Assembly: GCA_043801585.1 (NCBI GenBank)
Contig: JAZDLX010000115.1
Location: 32,001-96,000 of the forward strand
Direction: 5' to 3'
Length of the DNA stretch: 64,000 nt
DNA from: a bacterium
GTDB taxonomy: Bacteria > Electryoneota > Electryoneia > Electryoneales > Electryoneaceae
The position numbers and the translations under genes are program-made. Positions 28,825 through 37,785 of the stretch are shown here, piece by piece. The notes beneath the pieces are model-generated. The model was not told the origin of the DNA. It worked only from the letters and a program-made list of their open reading frames with translations, and did no database searches. Numbering within the stretch: position 1 is the first letter of the stretch; every line of letters starts with the position of its first letter.

Positions 28825-29007
28825 TTCAAACCCTGCAGAATTCGTGCTGCCCTTACATACGCCGGAGCCGGTTCGAACGTATGGCCTAGGATCGTGCCCG
28901 AATCCCTTCGGGTTTGACCGAGAATTGGGATTGGGTGGGTGATATCCAGTGTGGTTAGGGGTACACTGGATACCACAATTGACAAGGAACCAAACACAAC
29001 AGATCCG
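28785..29007 (-). ncRNA. Candidate sigma54-dependent structured small RNA (~225 nt)
   Basis: Between canonical -24/-12 promoter and intrinsic terminator; 14-bp hairpin, C-rich linker, 92-nt rod, terminator; G-U wobbles favour the minus strand; no credible ORF. Confidence 0.65.
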
Positions 29008-29017
29008 AAAACTGTTT

Positions 29018-29034
29018 TGCAATGGTTGTGCCAA
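29018..29034 (-). promoter_or_regulatory. Sigma54 (-24/-12) promoter
   Basis: TTGGCACAACCATTGCA, GG-N10-GC, near consensus. Confidence 0.8.
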
Positions 29035-29050
29035 TCATCTAAAACACTCG

Positions 29051-29063
29051 TATCATCTTGTTA
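29051..29063. promoter_or_regulatory. IHF-like site
   Basis: TATCATCTTGTTA vs WATCAANNNNTTR (1 mismatch), between promoter and upstream palindrome. Confidence 0.5.
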
Positions 29064-29107
29064 TTATAAGGTATAAGTCCGTTCCTGCCGATCATGTCAC
29101 ATTCGCC

Positions 29108-29128
29108 GTTGTAGGAATACGCTACAAC
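29108..29128. promoter_or_regulatory. Putative bEBP upstream activator site
   Basis: Perfect inverted repeat GTTGTAG-N7-CTACAAC ~110 bp upstream of predicted TSS. Confidence 0.55.
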
Positions 29129-29418
29129 AGGTTCCGATTATGAGTTTCGATACGAAGCATCCACTGTTCATGGATGAATTCACTGCCTGAACGTTTACCC
29201 TACAACGAACGATAGGTGGAATCCAGTTGACTGGTTTATGTGTTTTAAGGTGTTGCCTGAGAGCAGGAAAATGTACAAAATACCTTTTCATATGAGAACA
29301 AGCAATTTTCCCGGTAAGGGAAAAAGTACCTGGTACATTTTCCGGCACGTTCCCTGGTTATGCAGGCTGCCATCCGTTATTGCACGCTCACGCGCGAGGG
29401 ATTCAGGCGGCGAAGCCA

Positions 29419-29447
29419 TTGCGTATCTTTCGTGTTCTCGGTATACT
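29419..29447 (+). promoter_or_regulatory. Sigma70 promoter of yicC operon
   Basis: TTGCGT-N17-TATACT, 28 nt before ATG. Confidence 0.65.
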
Positions 29448-29475
29448 TCGGCGGTTTCAATCAGAAGGGGGTCAG

Positions 29476-30354
29476 ATGATTGTCAGTCTTACCGGTTTCG
29501 GCCGGGCGGAAGTGGAAGATGGGGATCTGCGTTTCAGCGTGGAAGTGCGCAGCGTCAACAACCGTTTCCTCGAGATCGGCACCAAGTTGCCACGCAGCCT
29601 GGTCAACCAGGAGATGGAGTTTCGTGCCCTGGTTCGCAACCGTGTCGATCGCGGCAAAGTGAACCTGTTTATTCAGGAGGACCGGTCGGCGATCCGGCAA
29701 ACAAAGCTGAATTTTGACCAGGCTTCCGCCAAGGCCCTCGCCGACGGACTTCGCGAGCTTGCTCAATCGGCTGGTGTCAAGGACGATCTGACCCTCTCGG
29801 ATCTTGTACACTTGATGGAATGGTTCACCGGCGAGAACGATGACGAGGATTCAGGCCAGCGGTTGGCGCTGGCGAAAAGGGGGATTGAGGCCGCGTTCGA
29901 CGAATTCGACCGCATGCGTGCGGAGGAGGGCAACAACCTTGAAGCCGATTTCCGGCAGCGGCTTGAGTCGATTTTCGAAGTGCTCGCGAAAGTGGAAACC
30001 AAGACAGACACTGTCCGCGAGAGCCAGCTCGAAAAGCTGCGTGAACGGATCGAGCGCTACGTCACCTCCGACCAGGTAGATGAAAGCCGTCTCGAACAGG
30101 AAGTCGCTTACATCCTGGACCGGTTGGACATTACCGAAGAGATTGTGCGGCTTCGCAGCCATATCCAGCTTTTCCATAATGCCCTCGAGGGCGGCGGGAG
30201 CGTCGGCAAGCGCTTGAATTTCATTCTTCAGGAAATGAACCGGGAGATCAACACGATTGGTTCGAAATGTCAGGACGCCGAAACGGCGTCGTGGGTCGTG
30301 GAGATGAAGGACGAGGCGGAAAAGATACGCGAACAGGTCCAGAATGTCGCCTGA
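29476..30354 (+). CDS. yicC: YicC/YloC family endoribonuclease
   Basis: SLTGFGR, RSVNNRFLE, DITEEIVRL, GKRLNFILQEMNREINTIGSK, REQVQNV. Confidence 0.95.
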   Translation: MIVSLTGFGRAEVEDGDLRFSVEVRSVNNRFLEIGTKLPRSLVNQEMEFRALVRNRVDRGKVNLFIQEDRSAIRQTKLNFDQASAKALADGLRELAQSAGVKDDLTLSDLVHLMEWFTGENDDEDSGQRLALAKRGIEAAFDEFDRMRAEEGNNLEADFRQRLESIFEVLAKVETKTDTVRESQLEKLRERIERYVTSDQVDESRLEQEVAYILDRLDITEEIVRLRSHIQLFHNALEGGGSVGKRLNFILQEMNREINTIGSKCQDAETASWVVEMKDEAEKIREQVQNVA

Positions 30355-30958
30355 TGGGAAACGGAGTCCGGGATGCCTGATCGTCTTTGCTGCGCCTTCG
30401 GGCGCAGGAAAGACCACGATCATTCACCAGGTGATGCAGCGTGTTGAGGGGTTGACTTTCTCGGTATCCTCGACGACACGAGCCCGCAAAGAGGGGGAAG
30501 TGGACGGCGTCGATTATAACTTTCTCGGCGAGGAAGAATTCGACACGGCCCTGAAAGCGGGGGATTTTCTCGAACATGAAATTGTCCACGGGAAACTATA
30601 CGGTACGCGTATTTCAAAGATCCAACCGCTGCTTGACGAGGGGAAGGATGTCGTATTCGATCTGGACGTGCTCGGAGCATTGAATGTAAAACGACTGTTT
30701 CCTCAAGCACTCTTGATATATATTGAAGTTCTCTCGACGGAAATTCTTCGAGACCGGCTGAGAAAGCGAGGCCGCGAGAATGACGCCGAGATCGATCTGC
30801 GCCTGAAACGTTACGAAATGGAACGTTCAAAGGCGCAGCAGTTTGATAGGGTCGTGATCAACGACGATCTCGAGTGTGCAGTTCAGGAGATTGTCGATGT
30901 GATCGAGCGTTTCCGGAGCGGCGAACATGCCGCTTCCACACGAGGAGGAAGGCCGTGA
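30344..30958 (+). CDS. gmk: Guanylate kinase
   Basis: APSGAGKTT, SSTTR..EVDGVDYNF, FLEH..YGT. Confidence 0.96.
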   Translation: MSPDGKRSPGCLIVFAAPSGAGKTTIIHQVMQRVEGLTFSVSSTTRARKEGEVDGVDYNFLGEEEFDTALKAGDFLEHEIVHGKLYGTRISKIQPLLDEGKDVVFDLDVLGALNVKRLFPQALLIYIEVLSTEILRDRLRKRGRENDAEIDLRLKRYEMERSKAQQFDRVVINDDLECAVQEIVDVIERFRSGEHAASTRGGRP

Positions 30959-31344
30959 GCCACGAGATGTTTCTGGCCGAGGATTTCCACGGCAATGCGG
31001 ACAACATTTATGAAGCTATCGTCGCCATCGCGCGTCGTGCTCGTCAAATCGGCGAAGAACAGCGTAGAGAGATGGATGCGTATCTGAGCCAGGTGGAGAT
31101 GCTCGAGAAGTTCACCGAGGATGAGGAGAACTACGACGAGCCGGTCCGCCAGCATGAGCCGGTACTTCAATTCGAAAAGCCGACGATTCTCTCCTTGCGT
31201 GAGATGATCGCTGATAAACTCGACCTGCTGCGTCCGGAACTTCCCAAGGAGGAGGCCGAGGCCATCGCCGGGTTCACCAGCGGACCCGTGGATACCGAGA
31301 GCGTCGGCGGATTTGGCGGAAAACTGGATTTGTCCGAGGAGTAG
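30955..31344 (+). CDS. rpoZ: RNA polymerase omega subunit (FCB-like)
   Basis: NIYEAIVAIARRARQI, KPT..SLRE; gmk-rpoZ-coaBC synteny. Confidence 0.8.
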   Translation: MSHEMFLAEDFHGNADNIYEAIVAIARRARQIGEEQRREMDAYLSQVEMLEKFTEDEENYDEPVRQHEPVLQFEKPTILSLREMIADKLDLLRPELPKEEAEAIAGFTSGPVDTESVGGFGGKLDLSEE

Positions 31345-31347
31345 ACG

Positions 31348-32574
31348 ATGGACGCCGCGGGCGGCCAAGAGGCGAAAGACCTTTCAGGACGCCGGGTACT
31401 GGTAGCCTTATGTGGCGGAATCGCCGCCTACAAAGTCGTTGAAGTCGTGCGAAGACTGATCAAGCGGGGTGCGGATGTTCGGGTGATGATGACCGAAGCC
31501 GCGACCCGCTTTGTGTCTCCAGTCACTTTTGCCGCGATCACCGGCCAGCGAGTCGGATTGAACATGTGGTCGGATCCCGGTGATTCGTCGGTCGATCATC
31601 TGCAACTGCCTCACAGCGCGGATCTGATCCTCGTCGCCCCTGCGACGGCGAACATGATCGCGAAGATGGCCGCGGGGCTTGCGGACGACCTCGTCTCCAC
31701 GGCGCTCGTTGCCGCCCACTGTCCGGTGATTATTGCTCCCGCGATGAACACCCACATGTACGCCCATCCCTCCGTTTCAAGGAACCTGGCGACCCTTGCG
31801 CAGCGGGGTGTACATCAGGTAGGACCGGCCAAAGGGGAGATGGCGGCGCCCGGCGAAGAACCCGGTTTCGGCCGGATGAGCGAACCGGAGGAGATCGTGG
31901 AGGCCGTAGCGGGTCTATTGTTGGACTCTTCAACGGGACCTCTTGCGGGCAGGACCGTCCTGATCACCGCCGGACGCACGGAAGAACCCATCGACGACGT
32001 CCGGGTGATCACCAACCGAAGCAGCGGGAGAATGGGTGTAGCGCTTGCGGAGGCCGCACGAAACGCAGGGGCGAGAGTCATCTTCGTGCACGGCCCGATG
32101 GATGTTGCGCCTCCGGATGGTGTCGAAACGGTCCAAATTCGAAGCGCCCAGGAGATGAGGGATGCTGTCGTCTCCCGCGTTGCCTCCTGCAACGCCGTGT
32201 TGTATGTCGCGGCGGTCGCTGATTGGCGGCCAAAAGCGGTGTTCAAAGGGAAGATGAAAAAAGAGGGGACTGCTCCTCCTTCCATCGAATTTGTGGAAAA
32301 CCCGGACGTTGCGGCGGAAACCGCAAAACTTTGCCCCGGATTCACCCTCGGATTCGCGTTGGAGACCAGCGAATCCCGTGAAAACGCCGAGAACAAATTG
32401 AAACGCAAGGGCTTGAGCGCTATACTCCTCAATACCGCTGATGCCATCGGTTCCGATTCTTCCAAATTGACCTGGATTCAACCGGGGCAACCGGCTGAGA
32501 ACTCCGGCAGGAGGAGCAAACGGGATCTTGCGCAGTGGGTGATCTCTCATCTCGCTGAACGCATCCACGCTTGA
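31348..32574 (+). CDS. coaBC: Bifunctional phosphopantothenoylcysteine decarboxylase/synthase
   Basis: GGIAAYK, APATAN, PAMNTHM, TAGRTEEPID.VR..NRSSGRMG, GFALET. Confidence 0.97.
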   Translation: MDAAGGQEAKDLSGRRVLVALCGGIAAYKVVEVVRRLIKRGADVRVMMTEAATRFVSPVTFAAITGQRVGLNMWSDPGDSSVDHLQLPHSADLILVAPATANMIAKMAAGLADDLVSTALVAAHCPVIIAPAMNTHMYAHPSVSRNLATLAQRGVHQVGPAKGEMAAPGEEPGFGRMSEPEEIVEAVAGLLLDSSTGPLAGRTVLITAGRTEEPIDDVRVITNRSSGRMGVALAEAARNAGARVIFVHGPMDVAPPDGVETVQIRSAQEMRDAVVSRVASCNAVLYVAAVADWRPKAVFKGKMKKEGTAPPSIEFVENPDVAAETAKLCPGFTLGFALETSESRENAENKLKRKGLSAILLNTADAIGSDSSKLTWIQPGQPAENSGRRSKRDLAQWVISHLAERIHA

Positions 32575-32655
32575 GCAAAAACCTTGATACCGGACCGGTG
32601 ACTTTTTAATACCTTCTGCTCTGGCACACCATCACCAGTACAACAGCTTATATCC

Positions 32656-33555
32656 ATGAAGAACAACAACCTGAAATACGATGCTATCCGCTATCTGGCC
32701 CAACAGGCAGAACGGGACCGTCTGCTCTGGAAACATCCGGCAGGGGTCAAACCGGTTGATCTTGAGTCGGGTGGACTTCCGACTGATCAGCAGAGCGACC
32801 GCTCGTCTCGGACCCCGCCGTCAGCCATCAGCGCGTTGAAAAAAGGGTTGAAACAGGCAAGGGAGGAGTGGGTGCCGCCAGCAGTGACCAGTCGAGGCAA
32901 GAATTCTCCGTCACCTTGGGAACGAGGTGCGCCGGAACCTGAGCCGTTGATTCCGATCCCGGGACAGATCGAAAACCCATTTCCAGACTATAACGATCTG
33001 GATTCGTTCGATAAAGCGATCAGCGGCTGTATGAAATGTCCCCTGGGGGCGACACGGACGAAATTCGTTTTTGGTATCGGCGATCCCAATGCAGATCTTG
33101 TGCTGGTGGGAGAGGCGCCGGGTGCGGATGAAGATCGGCAGGGAGACCCCTTTGTCGGGCGTGCGGGCAAGCTCCTCGACCAGATTCTCTCAGCGGTCGA
33201 TTTGAGACGTGGGGAAGGCGTCTATATCGCGAACATCCTGAAATGCCGCCCACCGGGAAACCGCGATCCACTGACCTCCGAGGTGGAACAGTGCGAACCG
33301 CACCTCGTGAAACAATTGCAGCTTCTTCAGCCGAAATTGATTGTCGCATTGGGGCGCATCGCGGCTCAGACTCTGCTCAGGTCAACCATGTCCCTGACGA
33401 AGATGCGGGGGCATGTGCACGATTATCACGGCATTCCGTTGCTCGTAACCTTCCACCCAGCAGCGCTTTTGCGCAATCCTCAATGGAAGCGGCCAACCTG
33501 GGAGGATGTCCAGCAGATGAAAAAGCTCCTCGACGAGCTCCGTGCAAAAAGCTGA
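32656..33555 (+). CDS. Uracil-DNA glycosylase family 4 with Pro-rich N-terminal extension
   Basis: CMKCPL, GEAPG..ED.QG.PFVGRAG, KCRPPGNRDP, TFHPAALLRN. Confidence 0.93.
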   Translation: MKNNNLKYDAIRYLAQQAERDRLLWKHPAGVKPVDLESGGLPTDQQSDRSSRTPPSAISALKKGLKQAREEWVPPAVTSRGKNSPSPWERGAPEPEPLIPIPGQIENPFPDYNDLDSFDKAISGCMKCPLGATRTKFVFGIGDPNADLVLVGEAPGADEDRQGDPFVGRAGKLLDQILSAVDLRRGEGVYIANILKCRPPGNRDPLTSEVEQCEPHLVKQLQLLQPKLIVALGRIAAQTLLRSTMSLTKMRGHVHDYHGIPLLVTFHPAALLRNPQWKRPTWEDVQQMKKLLDELRAKS

Positions 33556-33586
33556 CAAACCGCTGGCTGCCTGACTACGTTAGAAG

Positions 33587-35053
33587 ATGGGAACTCCAGG
33601 AAGAGTGATGAACAAAAGAGACCAGCGCACACGGCAAGATGGCAACGGAAAGGAACATCCGGGTAAAGTTCCGCCGAGTGATTATCAGGCGGAGCAGGCA
33701 GTGCTCGGAGCGATCCTGCTCGACTCCACGGCCTTTGCGAAAGCCAATGAATTCGTCCGCGAGGATTCCTTTTACTGGGAGAAACACGCCCGCATCTTCG
33801 GTGTGATGCACAAGCTGTTCGACGACAGCCGTCCGACCGATCTGGTGACCGTGGCCGCTGAGCTGAAATCCGCCGATCTGCTTGCGGAGGTTGGGGGCGA
33901 CTACTATCTGACAGAACTCTCCGAGGCGGTGCCATTCCCGAGGAACGTTGATTATTACGCGCGGATCGTCAAGGAGAAATTTATCCTGCGAGAGGTTTCC
34001 TCCGTTTCCGAGGAAATCGGACAGCGAGTGTACGACCCCTCCGCGGAACCCAACGAACTGCTGGACTGGACGCTGGGGCGGTATTTCGAACTCCAGCAGC
34101 ACAACGAACGATCCGGGTACCGTCCGCTTGACACCATCTCGCAGGATGCGATGGAGGAGATCGAAAGGATCGCCCAGCGGAAAGGTTCGCTGACCGGCAT
34201 CGGCTCCGGATTCACCAGGCTGGATGAGTTGACCGGTGGATTTCAGAAGAGCGACCTGATCATTCTCGCCGCACGTCCATCCATGGGGAAAACCTCGCTC
34301 GCGCTCTGCTTCGCCTATAACGCCGCCCGTATTCATAAAATACCGATAGGCGTGATCAGTCTCGAAATGAGCGCCAAGCAGATCGCCATGCGCCTGATGA
34401 GCCTTGAATCGCACGTGCCGCTCTACAAGATCCGCACGGCAAAAGGGACGGATGAAGAGTGGATGCGGATCGGCAGAGCGACCTCGAACCTTGCTCAATT
34501 GCCGTTGTATATCGACGATACACCCGGACAGACAATCACCGATGTGCGGGCGAGAGCACGTCTGCTTCGCAGCCAGCACAACTGTGGAATGATTGTTCTC
34601 GACTACCTGCAACTGATGCAACCGCCAGACAGAGCGGAGAATCAGCAACAGGCGATCGCCCAGATCAGCCGCCAGTTGAAGGGGTTGGCAAAGGAGCTGG
34701 AAATGCCGGTGATCACCCTTTCGCAACTCTCCCGAGCCGTTGAAACTCGCGGCGGTACGAAACGGCCGATCCTCTCGGACCTCCGTGATTCCGGCGCCAT
34801 CGAGCAGGATGCGGACGTTGTCATGTTCGTCTATCGGCAGGCATACTACGACCGCCTTGAGAAGAACCCCGATGAACTCGACAGCATGCCGGTGGACAAC
34901 ACCGCCGAGGTGATCGTAGCGAAACAGCGCAACGGTCCGACGGGGACCGTGAAAATGGTCTTCCGTCCTGAATTCACTGAATTCGCCAACCTTGACTTGA
35001 GAGATCATGGCGACGAAGTACCGGAAGACGTAGGCACCGAGGTTCCATTCTAA
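33587..35053 (+). CDS. dnaB: Replicative DNA helicase
   Basis: AARPSMGKT, SLEM, DYLQLM, LSQLSR, SDLRDSGAIEQDAD, KQRNGPTG; start may be 33608. Confidence 0.98.
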   Translation: MGTPGRVMNKRDQRTRQDGNGKEHPGKVPPSDYQAEQAVLGAILLDSTAFAKANEFVREDSFYWEKHARIFGVMHKLFDDSRPTDLVTVAAELKSADLLAEVGGDYYLTELSEAVPFPRNVDYYARIVKEKFILREVSSVSEEIGQRVYDPSAEPNELLDWTLGRYFELQQHNERSGYRPLDTISQDAMEEIERIAQRKGSLTGIGSGFTRLDELTGGFQKSDLIILAARPSMGKTSLALCFAYNAARIHKIPIGVISLEMSAKQIAMRLMSLESHVPLYKIRTAKGTDEEWMRIGRATSNLAQLPLYIDDTPGQTITDVRARARLLRSQHNCGMIVLDYLQLMQPPDRAENQQQAIAQISRQLKGLAKELEMPVITLSQLSRAVETRGGTKRPILSDLRDSGAIEQDADVVMFVYRQAYYDRLEKNPDELDSMPVDNTAEVIVAKQRNGPTGTVKMVFRPEFTEFANLDLRDHGDEVPEDVGTEVPF

Positions 35054-35054
35054 G

Positions 35055-37295
35055 ATGACAACAGCGGAAGTCAAGACAACGGAAGACGAACGTTTCGCCA
35101 CCGACGAGCAGCTTCCTGAGGGCATTCTGTCGCGTTGGCAGGAGGTCGTCTCCACACTGCATCTTCCCAAGGACGATCCCTTCCGGGAGCAACTGGATCG
35201 TGCCTTCCGCTTCGCTGCGACCGCCCATGCAGGTCAGACCCGGCTGACGGGCGAACCCTATGTGACTCACCCCATTGAAGTCGCGGCGATCCTCGCCGAT
35301 CTCAATGTCGATCATGTCACCCTCATTGGCGCGCTGCTCCACGATGTTATCGAAGACACCGGTGTTGAAGTGGATGATGTCGCCAGGATCTTCGGGCCGG
35401 TGGTCGGACTGCTCGTGGAAGGGATGACGAAACTCTCCGCCCTTCGCTACGAGAGCACATCCAACGAAGACCGTCAGGCGGAATACTTCCGCAAGATGCT
35501 GCTCTCGATGGCGCAGGACATGCGTGTGATCCTGATCAAACTCGCCGACCGCCTGCACAACATGCGTACCCTCGACGCGATGCCGCCGAAAAGCCGTAAA
35601 CGGATCGCGGAGGAGACCCTCGAGATCTATGCCCCCCTCGCACACCGATTTGGTGTCGGCAGAATCAAATGGGAGCTCGAAGACCTCGCGTTGAAGGTTG
35701 TGGATGAATCGGCCTATCGAAAGATCGCTGAACGCGTCAACATGCGCCGAGACGAGCGTGAACGTGCGATCAATCAGTTCATCGATCCACTGAACAAGAG
35801 GCTGACCCAGGAAGGGATCAAACCCGATATTGAAGGCCGGGCAAAGCATTTCTACAGCATTTATAACAAGATCAAACGCCGTGGAAAAAGCTTCGACGAG
35901 ATCCTCGATCTGCTGGCGGTGCGTATCATAGTTGACTCGATCAGCGATTGCTACCGCACGCTCGGCGTCGTCCACAGCATTTACAAGCCAATTCTCGAGC
36001 GGTTCAGCGATTACGTCGCAATGCCTAAGGCGAACATGTACCAGTCGCTGCACACCAAGGTGATTGACGCCGAGGGGCGTGTGGTGGAGGTGCAGATACG
36101 CACCCATGAAATGGACCTCGTCGCCGAAGTCGGCATCGCCGCACACTGGCAGTACAAGGAGGGTGGGGAAGGGGCAACGAACAAGGAAGCCCTCTCGGAT
36201 TACTACCTCTGGTTGCGCCAGTTGATTGAAGGATCGAAAGAGGAATCCTCGAGCGAAGAGTTCATGCGCACGCTCAAAGTGAATCTGTTTACAGACGAGG
36301 TCTTCGTTTTCACTCCGAAGGGCAAGCTGATTCAGCTTCCTCAGGGGAGCACTTCCATTGATTTTGCCTTCGCCGTACACACCGACGTCGGGCTGACCAC
36401 TCTTGGTACGAAGGTCAACGGCAAGATGGCCCCGCTCGAGTACCAACTCGTCAACGGTGACACTGTCGAAATTCTTAGAAGCAATACCGCGAAACCGCGT
36501 GTCGAGTGGCTTCGCATCGCGAACACTCATCGTGCACGAAGCAAGATCAAGCGGTATTTCCGGCAGGCACATTTTGATGAATCAGTGCGACTCGGCGAAG
36601 AAATGCTCAAGCGCGAACTGACACGTCACCGGAAGAAAATGAATCAGCAGGAATTAGGGGAGCTTGCCGATCGTCTCGGGCATGAATCTCTCGAAAGCCT
36701 GTTCGCCGCGGTGGGTGCGGGTGATCTTTCGACGAGAGCGGTTCTCTCCAAGATCGAGGGCCTCGAGAAGTCCGAACAGGTAGTGGAGGAAAAAAAGATC
36801 CGTTTCTTCGCCGGGACACGCAAAGAGTCGATGGGGGTGCGTGTCAAAGGTGCGGATAATTTGATGATAAGTTTTGGGAATTGCTGCAACCCTCTCCCGG
36901 GAGACAGGATCATCGGGTACATCAGCAAGGGTAGAGGCATCCTCGTTCACCGGACTGATTGTTCCAATATTGCAGACCTTACGAAGGACAAAGAGCGCCT
37001 TGTCGAGGTGGATTGGGACGTCAGTCCACAGGATCGATTCAACGCCAGATTGCGGATTGTGACGGAAGATCGGCCAAGCTTATTACGTGATATTGCAGAA
37101 GTTATAAGTAAGATGGACGTAGGCGTTCTCGAATTGAACCTGCGCACTGAGGGATCGATCGGGGTCGGTACGGTGGTCATCAACGTTCGCTCCCTCTCGC
37201 ATCTCACCCGTCTCCGCAACAAGATCGGAAAGATAAAAGGAGTTGTGCAGGTTGAACGTGTTGGAGTTGCTGACGTCGCAGAGCGTGTGTTATAA
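35055..37295 (+). CDS. rel: Long RSH (p)ppGpp synthetase/hydrolase
   Basis: HDVIEDT HD motif, YQSLHT, EVQIRT, TGS, CC..PGD..IGY, ACT. Confidence 0.96.
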   Translation: MTTAEVKTTEDERFATDEQLPEGILSRWQEVVSTLHLPKDDPFREQLDRAFRFAATAHAGQTRLTGEPYVTHPIEVAAILADLNVDHVTLIGALLHDVIEDTGVEVDDVARIFGPVVGLLVEGMTKLSALRYESTSNEDRQAEYFRKMLLSMAQDMRVILIKLADRLHNMRTLDAMPPKSRKRIAEETLEIYAPLAHRFGVGRIKWELEDLALKVVDESAYRKIAERVNMRRDERERAINQFIDPLNKRLTQEGIKPDIEGRAKHFYSIYNKIKRRGKSFDEILDLLAVRIIVDSISDCYRTLGVVHSIYKPILERFSDYVAMPKANMYQSLHTKVIDAEGRVVEVQIRTHEMDLVAEVGIAAHWQYKEGGEGATNKEALSDYYLWLRQLIEGSKEESSSEEFMRTLKVNLFTDEVFVFTPKGKLIQLPQGSTSIDFAFAVHTDVGLTTLGTKVNGKMAPLEYQLVNGDTVEILRSNTAKPRVEWLRIANTHRARSKIKRYFRQAHFDESVRLGEEMLKRELTRHRKKMNQQELGELADRLGHESLESLFAAVGAGDLSTRAVLSKIEGLEKSEQVVEEKKIRFFAGTRKESMGVRVKGADNLMISFGNCCNPLPGDRIIGYISKGRGILVHRTDCSNIADLTKDKERLVEVDWDVSPQDRFNARLRIVTEDRPSLLRDIAEVISKMDVGVLELNLRTEGSIGVGTVVINVRSLSHLTRLRNKIGKIKGVVQVERVGVADVAERVL

Positions 37296-37373
37296 TTAAA
37301 ACGTTGACGATCTGAGATTTAGGTCGTCCGAAAGCGCACCGGACATCGCCCGACCGACCTGGGAGGAAACTCG

Positions 37374-37760
37374 ATGAAAACCTACATCAAAAAAGATGTG
37401 GTTGAACGCGTTATCGAGAAGACCGGCGAAAAGCCGGAAATTGTAGCCCGTGTTACAAACGAAATCTTCAACAGCCTTCGTGAGATCATGACGGGAAAAG
37501 ACATCGAGCTTCGTATTGAAATCCGTGATTTTGGTGTCTTTGAGGTCAAGAAGACAAAGCCTAAACCCAAGGCGCGTAACCCCAAGACCAATGACATCAT
37601 CTACGTTCCTGCTCGCCGCAAGACCCATTTCAAACCCGGCAAGTTGTTGAAGCAGGCGTTGAAGGTGCCGATTTCGGAACTCGAGAAGCCGCAGCAACCA
37701 GAAATGCATCAGCCCGATTTCGGAACGCCTCCTTCACCACCACCGATGCAAGGTTACTGA
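37374..37760 (+). CDS. HU/IHF family DNA-binding protein with Pro-rich tail
   Basis: IEIRDFGVF, ARNPKT, FKPGK. Confidence 0.92.
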   Translation: MKTYIKKDVVERVIEKTGEKPEIVARVTNEIFNSLREIMTGKDIELRIEIRDFGVFEVKKTKPKPKARNPKTNDIIYVPARRKTHFKPGKLLKQALKVPISELEKPQQPEMHQPDFGTPPSPPPMQGY

Positions 37761-37785
37761 CGGTCTTGAGGAGTACCATCGCTCG

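Noticed and set aside
28796..28830. Hammerhead ribozyme (CTGATGA followed by GTC..GAC)
   Set aside because: The required GAAA after stem II is GTTT; the feature is better explained as a minus-strand terminator loop.
28890..28950. c-di-AMP or c-di-GMP riboswitch
   Set aside because: Only short fragments (GCCCGAATCC, CAAACCCGAA) match; remaining consensus elements are missing.
28686..29034. Minus-strand ORFs 28686-28997 and 28768-29034 as proteins
   Set aside because: No RBS and no recognisable motif. One starts inside the sigma54 box and both run through a strong terminator. Leaderless translation is not formally excluded.
29067..29094. Sigma28-like TAAG-N16-GCCGATCA (also GCCGATAG at 42578)
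   Set aside because: Imperfect boxes; these overlap IHF/enhancer regions, and the downstream genes have better promoters.
28760..29350. oriC in the large intergenic region
   Set aside because: Only one or two degenerate DnaA-box-like 9-mers, no cluster, and no dnaA nearby.
33587..35053. Intein in DnaB (or SufB)
   Set aside because: Normal lengths and contiguous motifs.
35995..36030. RFSD variant of the Rel RxKD motif
   Set aside because: Single substitution with other synthetase and hydrolase motifs intact; not enough to claim altered function.
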